Shown: positions 9,118 to 17,669 of the stretch, in pieces
How the letters are laid out: every line of letters begins with the position of its first letter
How positions within the stretch are numbered: the first letter of the stretch is position 1
Assembly: GCA_964491625.1 (NCBI GenBank)
Contig: CAZBIU010000002.1
Span: 1 to 55,419 of the forward strand
DNA length: 55,419 nt
Source of the DNA: an uncultured Myxococcales bacterium
GTDB lineage: Bacteria > Myxococcota_A > Polyangia > Fen-1088
Direction of reading: 5' to 3'
Made by a program: the position numbers and the translations under genes
Notes under the pieces: generated by a model
What the model was told of the DNA's origin: nothing
What the model saw: only the letters and a program-made list of their open reading frames with translations
The model's database searches: none

Positions 9118-10223
9118 GTATCGAGCAGCAGTCCACGTCAGCCGAGGAACGTGAAGCGCTCGAGTTTCTCAAGCGTGGACGGAAACTGCGCGGGCTTTCC
9201 CAGATCCAGCTTCAGCGCATCGAACGACGTTTGGAGCACCCGGCCCGTCCCAACCGAAAGCGGATCTGGCTGCCCGTGCTGGTCACGCTCGGCCTGGGGC
9301 TGATTGCGGAAACCGCGGTAGCCCACATCACCGATCTTTCGCATCTCCCGCTCATCGGGCCACTCTTTTCACCTGCGAATCCAGGCACTACGCCCGAACA
9401 GCGCCGCCCGCCGAAGAAGGCCAGGACCCCCAGTGCCGCGGTCACTTTACCCAGCCCGGCCAATCCGACAACACCTCCCGTGGCGGCGACAGCAAGCTCG
9501 TCGGAGGTCTCCGAGAATCTCGGACCGTCCCGTCCTGTGGCTCCGCCACCAACGAAGGCTGTGCTTCCTGCTCGGGCAGGCCTGTCGGCCGCCCCAGCTT
9601 CGGGCGCCATCCGTCAGGTGAGCGTCGTGACTGCGCGCCGCCCTGGTCCGGTCAGCGAAACGAAATCCCGCGACCAGGCCGAGCCGGGGCTGCCCACGAT
9701 GGGAACACCCGCCGGAGCGGAGGCGACACCCATCGCAAGCGCTTTCATCGAGCCGCCCTCGGTTCGTGAACCGGCACCTGTCGCGTGGCCGGGGAAAAAT
9801 GCTGTCCAACCGACGCCCGCCGCGCCCGCGCCGCCACCGGAGGATCCGATTACGATCGAAAGCCGGTCCTTTTCGGCCGCGCTCGCCGAGTGGCACCGCG
9901 ATCACAACGCTCAAGCCGCGCTGGTCGCGCTGGACTCGCATGAGCGGCGATTTCCCAATGGACATCTTCAATTGGAAGGAAGGCTCTTGCGCGCGGAGAT
10001 TCTCCTCAAGCAAGGTCGCGAGCGCGAGGGCTTGGTCCTGCTCGACGCCGTGCCCCTGACCGGGCTGCCGCGTGGCCGTGAATTGCAGACCGTGCGCGGC
10101 GAATTGCGTATCAAATACGGCCGGTGCGCTGACGGTCGCAGCGATCTTGCCAGCGTGTTGGCCAAGGACTCGACGGACGTGCTGGGGCGCCGGGCCGCGC
10201 GCGCAATTTCGCTTTGTCCCTGA
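9114..10223 (+). CDS. membrane-anchored anti-sigma-like protein (Pro-rich spacer, C-terminal TPR-like domain)
   Basis: ATGA overlap with the sigma gene. Single TM 'IWLPVLVTLGLGLIAETAVA', a ~200-aa Pro/Ala-rich region, and a helical tail 'EGRLLRAEILLKQGREREGLVLLD'. Confidence 0.55.
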   Translation: MSIEQQSTSAEEREALEFLKRGRKLRGLSQIQLQRIERRLEHPARPNRKRIWLPVLVTLGLGLIAETAVAHITDLSHLPLIGPLFSPANPGTTPEQRRPPKKARTPSAAVTLPSPANPTTPPVAATASSSEVSENLGPSRPVAPPPTKAVLPARAGLSAAPASGAIRQVSVVTARRPGPVSETKSRDQAEPGLPTMGTPAGAEATPIASAFIEPPSVREPAPVAWPGKNAVQPTPAAPAPPPEDPITIESRSFSAALAEWHRDHNAQAALVALDSHERRFPNGHLQLEGRLLRAEILLKQGREREGLVLLDAVPLTGLPRGRELQTVRGELRIKYGRCADGRSDLASVLAKDSTDVLGRRAARAISLCP

Positions 10224-10277
10224 AACGCCGGCGCGCATCCCTTCACTAATAGAACGTAACTACCCGAGAGGATCACA

Positions 10278-11525
10278 ATGCTCACCAACCGACGAGGCTC
10301 TCTATGGACCGTACTGTTCTTGTCAGCGCCTTTGATGGCCGGCTGTCCCACCAACGACGACCCCTTGGGCACCGGCGTGCAGCAGGATGCAGCTGCACCC
10401 GGCGGCTCAGGAGGAGTCACGAGCACAGGCGGCTTGGCGGGCACGGGTAATGCGACAGGCGAGGGTGGCGTTGCGACCTCAGGTGGCGCGACGGAGACGG
10501 GTGGTGCCACCGGCTCTGGCAATACCTCAGGCTCGGGTGGTTCCACCGTAACATCCACCGTAACATTCGACCCCACCAAGCTGCCGTGCGATATCTACAA
10601 GGATGACGGCGGCCCCTGCGTGGGGGCCCACAGCACGGTTCGGCGCCTTTCGAGCGCGTACACCGGCGCCCTCTACCAGGTCAAGAAGACCGACGGCACC
10701 ACCAAAGACATCACGGCTCTCTCGAACGGGTTCGCAAACGCAGCTGACCAGGACAATTTCTGCGGCACCGATGCCTGTACCATCTCGATCATTTACGATC
10801 AGTCCGGACAGGGTAACGATCTCACCAAGGCGCCCCCGGGCGGCAACAAGACGACCCCTGGGAACGAAGCGAAGGCAAAGGCTTTGCCGGCCACGATCGG
10901 TGGCAACCCGGTCTACGGCGTTCACGTGGTGGCCGGGGTCGGCTATCGGAACAACAGTGCCAAGGGCACCGCGACCGGCGACAATCCCCAGACCATGTAC
11001 ATGATCGCGGGCGGCAGCTACTACAACGGTGGCTGCTGTTTCGATTACGGGAACGCCGAGACCAACAGTCGCGACAACGGCGAGGGCACGATGGAAGCGG
11101 TCTACTTCGGAACTTGCACCATCTGGGGCAAGGGCGCCGACAATGGCCCATGGGTGATGGGGGACCTCGAGAACGGCCTCTGGGCCGGCAACGTAAGCCC
11201 CTACAACCAGAACACACCGGTGAGCTACACGTACGTCACGGGCATGGTGAAGGGTGACGTGACCGCGTCGGGAACCCAGGGCCACTGGGCCATCAAGGTC
11301 GGGAATGCACAGTCCGGACCCCTGTCCAAACCGTTCGACGGAGTGCGACCGAACTCAAGATACATCCCCATGCGCAAGGAAGGCGCCATCATCCTTGGCA
11401 CCGGCGGCGACAACAGCAACTCCGATCAGGGGAACTTCTTCGAAGGGATCATGACTGCCCGCTATTCATCGGATGCGGCCGACGACGCCGTGCAGGCAAA
11501 CATCGTTTCCGTGTACGGGCAGTAG
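10278..11525 (+). CDS. lipoprotein with GH54-type alpha-L-arabinofuranosidase B catalytic domain, no arabinose-binding domain
   Basis: Lipobox 'LMAGC' and a Gly-rich linker. Then 'CDIYKDDGGPCVGAHST', 'FCGTDACTISIIYDQSGQGNDLTKAPPGG', 'CCFDYGNAETNSRDNGEGTMEAVYFG' and 'KEGAIILGTGGDNSN' closely parallel fungal AbfB. Confidence 0.85.
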   Translation: MLTNRRGSLWTVLFLSAPLMAGCPTNDDPLGTGVQQDAAAPGGSGGVTSTGGLAGTGNATGEGGVATSGGATETGGATGSGNTSGSGGSTVTSTVTFDPTKLPCDIYKDDGGPCVGAHSTVRRLSSAYTGALYQVKKTDGTTKDITALSNGFANAADQDNFCGTDACTISIIYDQSGQGNDLTKAPPGGNKTTPGNEAKAKALPATIGGNPVYGVHVVAGVGYRNNSAKGTATGDNPQTMYMIAGGSYYNGGCCFDYGNAETNSRDNGEGTMEAVYFGTCTIWGKGADNGPWVMGDLENGLWAGNVSPYNQNTPVSYTYVTGMVKGDVTASGTQGHWAIKVGNAQSGPLSKPFDGVRPNSRYIPMRKEGAIILGTGGDNSNSDQGNFFEGIMTARYSSDAADDAVQANIVSVYGQ

Positions 11526-11551
11526 CCAATTCCAACCAAACTTGGAGCGGA

Positions 11552-12310
11552 TCAATTGGTGGGGTTGGAGGTTGCCGACTGTTTGCCAGCGAGACGGGCG
11601 ACGAAGGCGGTAGGCGGCGACGCCTGCGCTTCCGCCACACCGACGCAGGCAACCAGTCGGCCCGACTCCATGACCGCCACCCGCGAGGCAAGACTTGCGA
11701 CATCGCCGAAGTCGTGCGTGACAATCAGCGCGGGGATTGCCAACTCGCGCAGGCTGTCCCGGATCAGCGCGCGTACGTCGTCCCGGGCGCCCACGTCCAG
11801 CGCGGCAGTCGGCTCGTCGAGCAGCATCGCCCGCGGCTGGGACGCAAGGGCGCGCGCGAGGGCTACCCGCTGGCGTTCCCCGCCCGACAACTGTTGCGGA
11901 CGACGGGCGGCCAACCTGGCGACGCCGAGACGATCGAGATAGTCGAGAGCCAGCCTCCTGCGTGCGCCGCGGCTGCTTTTTTCGCCCCGGCAGGCAATCG
12001 CGAAGGCCACGTTGTCCTCGGCGGAAAGAAAGGGGAACAGGCCGAAATCCTGCGGCAAGTAGGCCAGCCGTCGCTCTTCGGTCGGGCAAGAGACGGTGTT
12101 CTCGGAATCCAAGAGAATTCTGTCGCCAAGGCTGATGTGACCTCGCTGCGGAACGCGGATGCCGAGGAGAGCCAGCAGCAGGCTGCTCTTGCCCGAGCCG
12201 TTGGGGCCGACCAAGGCCACCGCCTCGGCGCCCACCTCCAAGGAAGCACGAAGCGAGAAGTCGCCCATGGCATACTCAACTGAAAAAGAAAGACTATGTA
12301 GCTCGCTCAT
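11552..12310 (-). CDS. modC: molybdate-type ABC transporter ATP-binding protein, short form without C-terminal TOBE domain
   Basis: Walker A 'GPNGSGKSS', signature 'LSGGERQRVALARAL' and Walker B 'LLDEPTAALD'. ATGA-coupled to modB. Only ~252 aa. Confidence 0.8.
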   Translation of the reverse strand: MSELHSLSFSVEYAMGDFSLRASLEVGAEAVALVGPNGSGKSSLLLALLGIRVPQRGHISLGDRILLDSENTVSCPTEERRLAYLPQDFGLFPFLSAEDNVAFAIACRGEKSSRGARRRLALDYLDRLGVARLAARRPQQLSGGERQRVALARALASQPRAMLLDEPTAALDVGARDDVRALIRDSLRELAIPALIVTHDFGDVASLASRVAVMESGRLVACVGVAEAQASPPTAFVARLAGKQSATSNPTN

Positions 12311-13143
12311 CGGCTCGACGTCGCCTTTCTGCCGATGGCGGCCGGCGATTGATTCAGCCGCCGCAGTGCGAGCAGCAATCCGAACGCGAACACCACCAGC
12401 AAAAGCGAGAGTGCCTGTGCGGTTCGCAGATCGATCTCAAGCGCGGTGTAGATGGCGAGCGGCAGCGTTTGCGTCTTGCCCGTCATGTTGCCGGCGAACA
12501 TCAGGGTGGCGCCGAACTCGCCCAGCGCCCGCGCCCAACTCATGGCTGCGCCGCCGATCAGCGCCGGTTGGGCCAGCGGCAATGCGACTCGGAAGAACAG
12601 CCTGGGTGGCGAGGCGCCAAGGCTGCGTCCAACCGCGAGCAGATCTTGGTCAAGGCGTCCGAAGGCCAGGGTTGCCGCGTGCAAATAGAACGGCGCCGAG
12701 ACGAAGATCTGCGCCATCACGACCGCGATGGTGTTGAAGGTCGGGGCGAAGCCGACGCGTTCGAGCCAAGGGCCGAAGATCCCGCGCCGTCCGAACGCCA
12801 ATAGAAGCGCGATGCCGCCCACCGCGGGTGGAATCACGACCGGCAATTGCAGCAGCGTCTCAAGCCACTTGGCCGAACGCCACTTCGAACCGGCCAGCCA
12901 CCATGCCAGCGGGGTCCCGCCAAGCACGACGAAGACAAGTGAAATGACCGTGGTTTCCAGGCTGAGCCACAGCGCCGGCAAAGTCAGCGAGCATTGGAAA
13001 CCGCGTAGGATGGCAAGCGGTCCGCCGTCAATCAGCAGGGCGATGAACGGAACCACCAGCAGGGTGGCAAGCCCCAACGCCAGCACGGCCATGCCCACGC
13101 GGTAGCCGAGGTTGCGACCCAAGCCGTAGCGGGATTGAGTCAT
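12307..13143 (-). CDS. modB: molybdate ABC transporter permease
   Basis: Multi-TM protein with an EAA-type loop 'AVGRSLGASPPRLFFRVALPLAQPAL'. ATGA overlaps with modA and modC. Confidence 0.85.
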   Translation of the reverse strand: MTQSRYGLGRNLGYRVGMAVLALGLATLLVVPFIALLIDGGPLAILRGFQCSLTLPALWLSLETTVISLVFVVLGGTPLAWWLAGSKWRSAKWLETLLQLPVVIPPAVGGIALLLAFGRRGIFGPWLERVGFAPTFNTIAVVMAQIFVSAPFYLHAATLAFGRLDQDLLAVGRSLGASPPRLFFRVALPLAQPALIGGAAMSWARALGEFGATLMFAGNMTGKTQTLPLAIYTALEIDLRTAQALSLLLVVFAFGLLLALRRLNQSPAAIGRKATSSR

Positions 13144-13937
13144 GGCTTGCCTGCACCTCGGACCGGGCCGGGCTCGGGCCGAAAGCCGGCGGCCTTGAGC
13201 GCCTGCTGCCCTTCCTCACCTGCGACAAGGCTGACCCATTCCCTGGCTAGCGCGGACTGGGGCGCGGAGGCCAAGACCGTGATGGGATATTCGGCGATGA
13301 CATTGATGCTGTCCGGAATCGCGATGGCGGAAACCCTATCCTTGGCCGAAAGCGCATCGGTCTTGTACACAATGCCGGCGTCTGCCTCGCCCAGAGCGAC
13401 CTTGGTGAGCACCTGTCGCACGTTGAGCTCGCGTGAGCGAATACGCGCCAGCACGGAAGCGCGGAACTTCTTTCCGTAAGGTTTTTCGGCGTTGGCTAGG
13501 ATGGCCTCGGTGTAGGCCCCGATGGGAACCTCGGCGCTGCCGACCACGATGCGTGAGGCTTTGGGCAAGTCGGCGAACCCCGCCAGCCTGGCCGGATTGT
13601 CCGTGGGTACCACCACCACGGGCTCGTTGCGGGCGAAGATGCGGGGCTCGGTAACCAGGCCTTGTTGCTGAAGCGCTCGCATATGCGTCGCATCGGCCGA
13701 GGCGAATACGTCGGCCCTTGCGCCATGCTCGATCTGAACCCGCAGCTCCTGGCTGCCGGCAAAATTGATTCGCACCTTCACGTCGGCGTGCTTCTTCTCG
13801 AAGCTGTCGGCCAGATTCTGGAACACCTCGCGCAGCGACGCGGCGGCGAAGACGACCAACTCTCTCGACTCGCCGGCGCGGGCGCCACCGAAGAGCGCGG
13901 AAGCGAGCGCAGCGGCAAGCAGCGAGCTTCGCTTCAT
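13140..13937 (-). CDS. modA: molybdate ABC transporter substrate-binding protein
   Basis: Start at MKRSSLLAAALASALFGGARA (signal peptide). ModA-like 'VVFAAASLREVFQNLADSFEKKH...INFAGSQELRVQIEHGARADVFASAD'. Confidence 0.85.
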   Translation of the reverse strand: MKRSSLLAAALASALFGGARAGESRELVVFAAASLREVFQNLADSFEKKHADVKVRINFAGSQELRVQIEHGARADVFASADATHMRALQQQGLVTEPRIFARNEPVVVVPTDNPARLAGFADLPKASRIVVGSAEVPIGAYTEAILANAEKPYGKKFRASVLARIRSRELNVRQVLTKVALGEADAGIVYKTDALSAKDRVSAIAIPDSINVIAEYPITVLASAPQSALAREWVSLVAGEEGQQALKAAGFRPEPGPVRGAGKP

Positions 13938-15088
13938 GCGCCGAGTCCCGCGACGGTGTCTCCGGTCTTGCTTGCGTGATAGCCGACCATGGCTCCCAGG
14001 TCCTTGCGGAAGCGATCGCTCGACAAGCACTCGAGCATTGCCTGGATGCGCTCGTCCGAGGCCGATTCGGCAACCATGGCCAAGTCGAAGCGCGATTCAG
14101 CCAGCGATACGAAGGCCAGTCCGAAGGGCAGGGCCGCGGCCCGGGTGGCAATGCCAGCGTCGCCGACCTGACTTGCCACCAGCTGCGCGACCGCGCGATG
14201 TCCGCGCGCGATGGCCGAGACGTCAAGTTGGCGCATCGAAAGACCGGCGCAGTCAAGCGCGCTTTCTAGCAACTGCTGTGCCCCCGAGCCCGACTCGCGC
14301 GCGACGATGCGCAGCCCCTTGTGCGTAAGATCGGCCACGCCTCTCAGCGCTCGTCCGGGCCGAGCCCGGTACACGATGCCAAGCTCCCAGGTCGCCAGTG
14401 TCACCAGCAACATGGGCGTCGTGCCGAAACGACTGCGCACGGTGGCAGCGTTGAGATTACCGGCGCTGAGGTCGTCCAGATGCAAGCCCGCCACGTGAAC
14501 CCGACCGGCCGCAAGCTCGTCGAGCGCCGGCCGGCTCGCCAGGTCGATCCAGTGCAGCCTCGGCCCGCGCAGGCGCTCCTCCACGTGGCGCCCGAGGAGC
14601 CCGAGCGCCGGATCGCACCCGGCCACGAACAGATTGCGCAAAAGCGCGTCCAGATCGCGAAGCGGGCGTACGCGCGCGCCCGCGACGGTCGTCTTTCCCG
14701 ACGGCGCGGTCGCGATGCCGTCGGCCGGCGTTCCCGGCGTGAAGCCCTGGTCTCCGTCCAGTGTGCGCGCTATCCATTGCGAGCCGACCTGGGCCATGGC
14801 TACGCGGAGCCGCTGGGGCGCTCGCGCGAGGCCAGCCGGCGGGGCGGAGTCCCTGAACAATTGTGCTTCGATTCCCTTCGTGTCCTCGTCGAGGGAGAAG
14901 ATGTCCTCCACCCGACACCGGAGAGCTCGGGCCAGACCGAGCGCGATCTGGGTCGAGGGAATGGTGGTCCCAGCTTCGATCGCGCTCAAGGTCTGCCGGC
15001 TGACGCCGACCTGGGCCGCGAGGTCGCGCTGCTGCACACTGTGCCGCTGGCGCAGAGTCCGAAGACAGCTTCGAATTGCAGAGGCCAT
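13934..15088 (-). CDS. XRE-family HTH regulator fused to a periplasmic-binding-protein-like (molybdate-binding type) domain
   Basis: N-terminal 'QRDLAAQVGVSRQTLSAIEAGTTIPSTQIALGLARAL' HTH. The C-terminal ~270 aa is PBP-like. First gene of the ATGA-chained mod operon. Confidence 0.7.
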   Translation of the reverse strand: MASAIRSCLRTLRQRHSVQQRDLAAQVGVSRQTLSAIEAGTTIPSTQIALGLARALRCRVEDIFSLDEDTKGIEAQLFRDSAPPAGLARAPQRLRVAMAQVGSQWIARTLDGDQGFTPGTPADGIATAPSGKTTVAGARVRPLRDLDALLRNLFVAGCDPALGLLGRHVEERLRGPRLHWIDLASRPALDELAAGRVHVAGLHLDDLSAGNLNAATVRSRFGTTPMLLVTLATWELGIVYRARPGRALRGVADLTHKGLRIVARESGSGAQQLLESALDCAGLSMRQLDVSAIARGHRAVAQLVASQVGDAGIATRAAALPFGLAFVSLAESRFDLAMVAESASDERIQAMLECLSSDRFRKDLGAMVGYHASKTGDTVAGLGA

Positions 15089-15115
15089 GGCCGGATCTTC
15101 CCGAACGCGGGCGCG

Positions 15116-15157
15116 GAAGTCAATGAAACTAGAGCCACGTAACGAATCATTGACTTC
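15116..15157. promoter_or_regulatory. perfect 11-bp inverted repeat GAAGTCAATGA-N20-TCATTGACTTC, candidate operator or 5'-UTR hairpin of the mod operon
   Basis: Read directly from the sequence. The left arm starts 28 nt upstream of the regulator ATG (15086-15088, minus strand). Confidence 0.5.
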
Positions 15158-15619
15158 GATGTCCGAAAAGACCGAACTGAGCGGGCTCCTCCGGAAGCTC
15201 CATCAGCGGCGAACGTGCACCGCCGGAAGGCCACCCGACGGAGCTGCCGCCGGCTGCGTGTACGAACCGTAAGTGAGCAATGCGAACGAGGCGGTCAGGG
15301 CAGCCAGCACCAAAGCCCTGGCCCGGCGACCCAGACCCGCGCTGGCCCGAGCCAGCCGTCCCTGGTGTTGCGGTTCCTGCTGGTTGGGCAAGCCATGCGC
15401 AACATCCCGGCACGAACCGCCTTGCTTGCCGCGCTGGCATGACCGCTTGGGATGGAATGGGCGAGGGCCAACCCTGCGCGAACGAAAGCTGAGCGCGTGC
15501 TGCATGCCTTCATGTTGGCGCCGCGACGGAGGAGGTCAACGACGCCGCCACGGCTCGACGACGAGTTAACCCCAGCGAAACCTGGAATTCTCAGATTGTT
15601 TCGCAGGATGAAAGGCTGC

Positions 15620-17557
15620 CTAAATCTGCCGTCGTGCGCGGCTGAACGCGAGGCCCAATGCCGCCATCAGCAACCACGTTAGAGACGGGCGCGGGTGTGC
15701 TCCACCTACGGCGCAGCTACAGCCCGATGAGCCCGCAGGCATGGTCGCGCCGGAGCCGCCTTGCCCTGAGGCCGTATTTCCACCGGTGCCGGCCGTGCTG
15801 ACCGCGCCGCCAGAACCGGGGTTGCTGGTTCCGCCGGTGGCGCCCGTGGACGAGATCCCGCCCGCGCTGCCGACCGAGCCACCGCTCGACGCCGTGGCCC
15901 CTCCGCTGGCTGCGCTGGAGCGCCCTCCGCTGGCGACAGAACCACCCGAGCTTGCGCTTGTGGCTCCACCTGCGACGGCAGCACCACCGCCGGTGCTGGA
16001 GCTGCCACCGCTGCCGACAGCGCCGCCGGCGCTCGTTGCCGCGTCGTTCGTGCCCGCGTCGGCGCGACTGGCTCCGCCGGTCCCGGTGTTTCCGCCCGCT
16101 CCGGTGCTGCCGCCGCTTTGCTGGCTTCCCCCGAGACCCGAGCTCCCGCCGGCGCCGGTGCTGCCTGCCGACCCCGAGCTTCCGCCTGCGGACGTGGCCG
16201 CTCCGCCCGCGCCACCCGCCGAGGTCGTGGCGCCGAATTCGAAGGCGCCAAGGTCGGGCGCTTGACCCACGAAGGGAAGGCCGACGTCCTTGCCCTTGTC
16301 GATGAGCGGGCTGCCCGACTTGAGGCGCATGAACGTGCAAGCCGCCGGCATACTGCCGTCGGTTTGCCTGGGACCGTCGCAGCCGGTGGGATCGGTGCTG
16401 GCGAAGTCGGAGCTGCTTTCGCTGATGGCCAAGTCCCACGTGTTGCTCGCCGTATCGACCCCGTCCATGTTGCTGTTCTTGTCGGGGAAGCCGATGTTGT
16501 TGCGCATGATGTGGACCTTGCTGCCGGTCAGCACAATCGTGCCGGTGACGTTCCCCGACGAGTCGAAGCTGCTCGCCAGCATGTTGTATTGCACGCCGTT
16601 GTTGTAGGACGTGTTGTTGTACCAGGTGTTGCCGCCCGTGGAATGGTTGGCGTAGAAGCCGGCAGCCTTGTTCTTCCAGGCCACGTTGTTCTGCACGATG
16701 TGCCGGATGCCGGTCTGGCTGCTGCCCATCTTGAAGCCGTTACCGTTTCCGTCGCTGCCGTAGCCGTTCTGAAAGGCGAAGCTGCCCTCGACCGTGACCG
16801 GGACTTCCTGCGAGATGAGGTCGTAGCCGTCGTCCGAATCCATCCACGCGCGGCAGCCGCGGATGGTGGTGCTAGGGCCGGTCTTCTGGTAGTGCACGCC
16901 GAAGCCATCGCCGTTTTGACCGTCGCCCTGGCTGCCAGCCTTGTCGTAGTTGTCGTGCGAATCGCAGTTGAGAATCAGATTGCCCCCAGTGCCGGTGTCG
17001 ATGAACAGCCCCGGCCCGAAGCCGTGGTGGATGTTGAGCATCTCGAAGGTGTTGTTGCTCGCGTTCTTGGTACGCAGCAAGGAGTACGAATGGTCGCCGC
17101 TGGCCCCCACCTTGGCGTTCGCGATTTCCAGGCCCCGAAGGTGCATGTAATTTCCCGTCACCAGGACCACCGGCACGTCGACGGCGGCGTCGCTGGTCAC
17201 GTACCTGGAAGCGTCGAGCACCGGGGTTTCGCCCTGGACCGCCCAAATCTTGGTGCGGCTGGTGTCCGAGGTGCCGCTCTTGGACAGCACGAGCTGGGTG
17301 GTGAGGTAGTAGCTACCTCCGTGCACCCAGATGGTATCGCCCGCGGCGGCGCTGCTGTTCGCTTTCGACAAGCTGGCGAACGGCGCCGACGAGCTGCCGG
17401 CGGCGGAATCGCTGCCGTTGGGTGCCACGTAGTACTCGGCCGCGCGCGCGGACACGGGCGTTATCGCCAAGGCAGCCAGGCAGACCGCCAGAGCGAATCC
17501 GTTCCGGCCGGCCACTGGCGTGAGGCGCCGATGCGACAGTAGACCCGTGTGCTTCAT
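15620..17557 (-). CDS. secreted right-handed beta-helix enzyme (pectate lyase family 9-like) with Gly/Ser linker and MYXO-CTERM-type tail
   Basis: Signal peptide, 'YYVAPNGSDSAAG', 'GDGFGVHY', 'GCRAWMDSDDGYD' and 'GNGNGFKMG'. A ~170-aa Gly/Ser/Ala/Thr linker. Tail 'GSSGCSCAVGG...WLLMAALGLAFSRARRQI' (15623-15733). Confidence 0.7.
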   Translation of the reverse strand: MKHTGLLSHRRLTPVAGRNGFALAVCLAALAITPVSARAAEYYVAPNGSDSAAGSSSAPFASLSKANSSAAAGDTIWVHGGSYYLTTQLVLSKSGTSDTSRTKIWAVQGETPVLDASRYVTSDAAVDVPVVLVTGNYMHLRGLEIANAKVGASGDHSYSLLRTKNASNNTFEMLNIHHGFGPGLFIDTGTGGNLILNCDSHDNYDKAGSQGDGQNGDGFGVHYQKTGPSTTIRGCRAWMDSDDGYDLISQEVPVTVEGSFAFQNGYGSDGNGNGFKMGSSQTGIRHIVQNNVAWKNKAAGFYANHSTGGNTWYNNTSYNNGVQYNMLASSFDSSGNVTGTIVLTGSKVHIMRNNIGFPDKNSNMDGVDTASNTWDLAISESSSDFASTDPTGCDGPRQTDGSMPAACTFMRLKSGSPLIDKGKDVGLPFVGQAPDLGAFEFGATTSAGGAGGAATSAGGSSGSAGSTGAGGSSGLGGSQQSGGSTGAGGNTGTGGASRADAGTNDAATSAGGAVGSGGSSSTGGGAAVAGGATSASSGGSVASGGRSSAASGGATASSGGSVGSAGGISSTGATGGTSNPGSGGAVSTAGTGGNTASGQGGSGATMPAGSSGCSCAVGGAHPRPSLTWLLMAALGLAFSRARRQI

Positions 17558-17669
17558 GTGAGTTTCCCCCGCCTTGATGGCGTACGCTGCGATCCAGATG
17601 GTAGCTGCTTCTAGATAAGTGGCCTCGCCGCACGGAATAGGTCATTGCCATGGGGCGGCAATGTGGGCG

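Noticed and set aside
15203-15316. Possible ~37-codon small ORF ('VLAALTASFALLTYGSYTQPAAAPSGGLPAVHVRR') upstream of the mod regulator
   Set aside because: It has only non-ATG start options, no SD and no known family. It is indistinguishable from chance in GC-rich DNA.
15700-16260. CRISPR-like or satellite repeats (also 27440-27960 and 31850-32330)
   Set aside because: The periodicity is codon-based Gly/Ser/Ala low complexity inside ORFs. There are no constant-length direct repeats separated by unique spacers and no cas genes.
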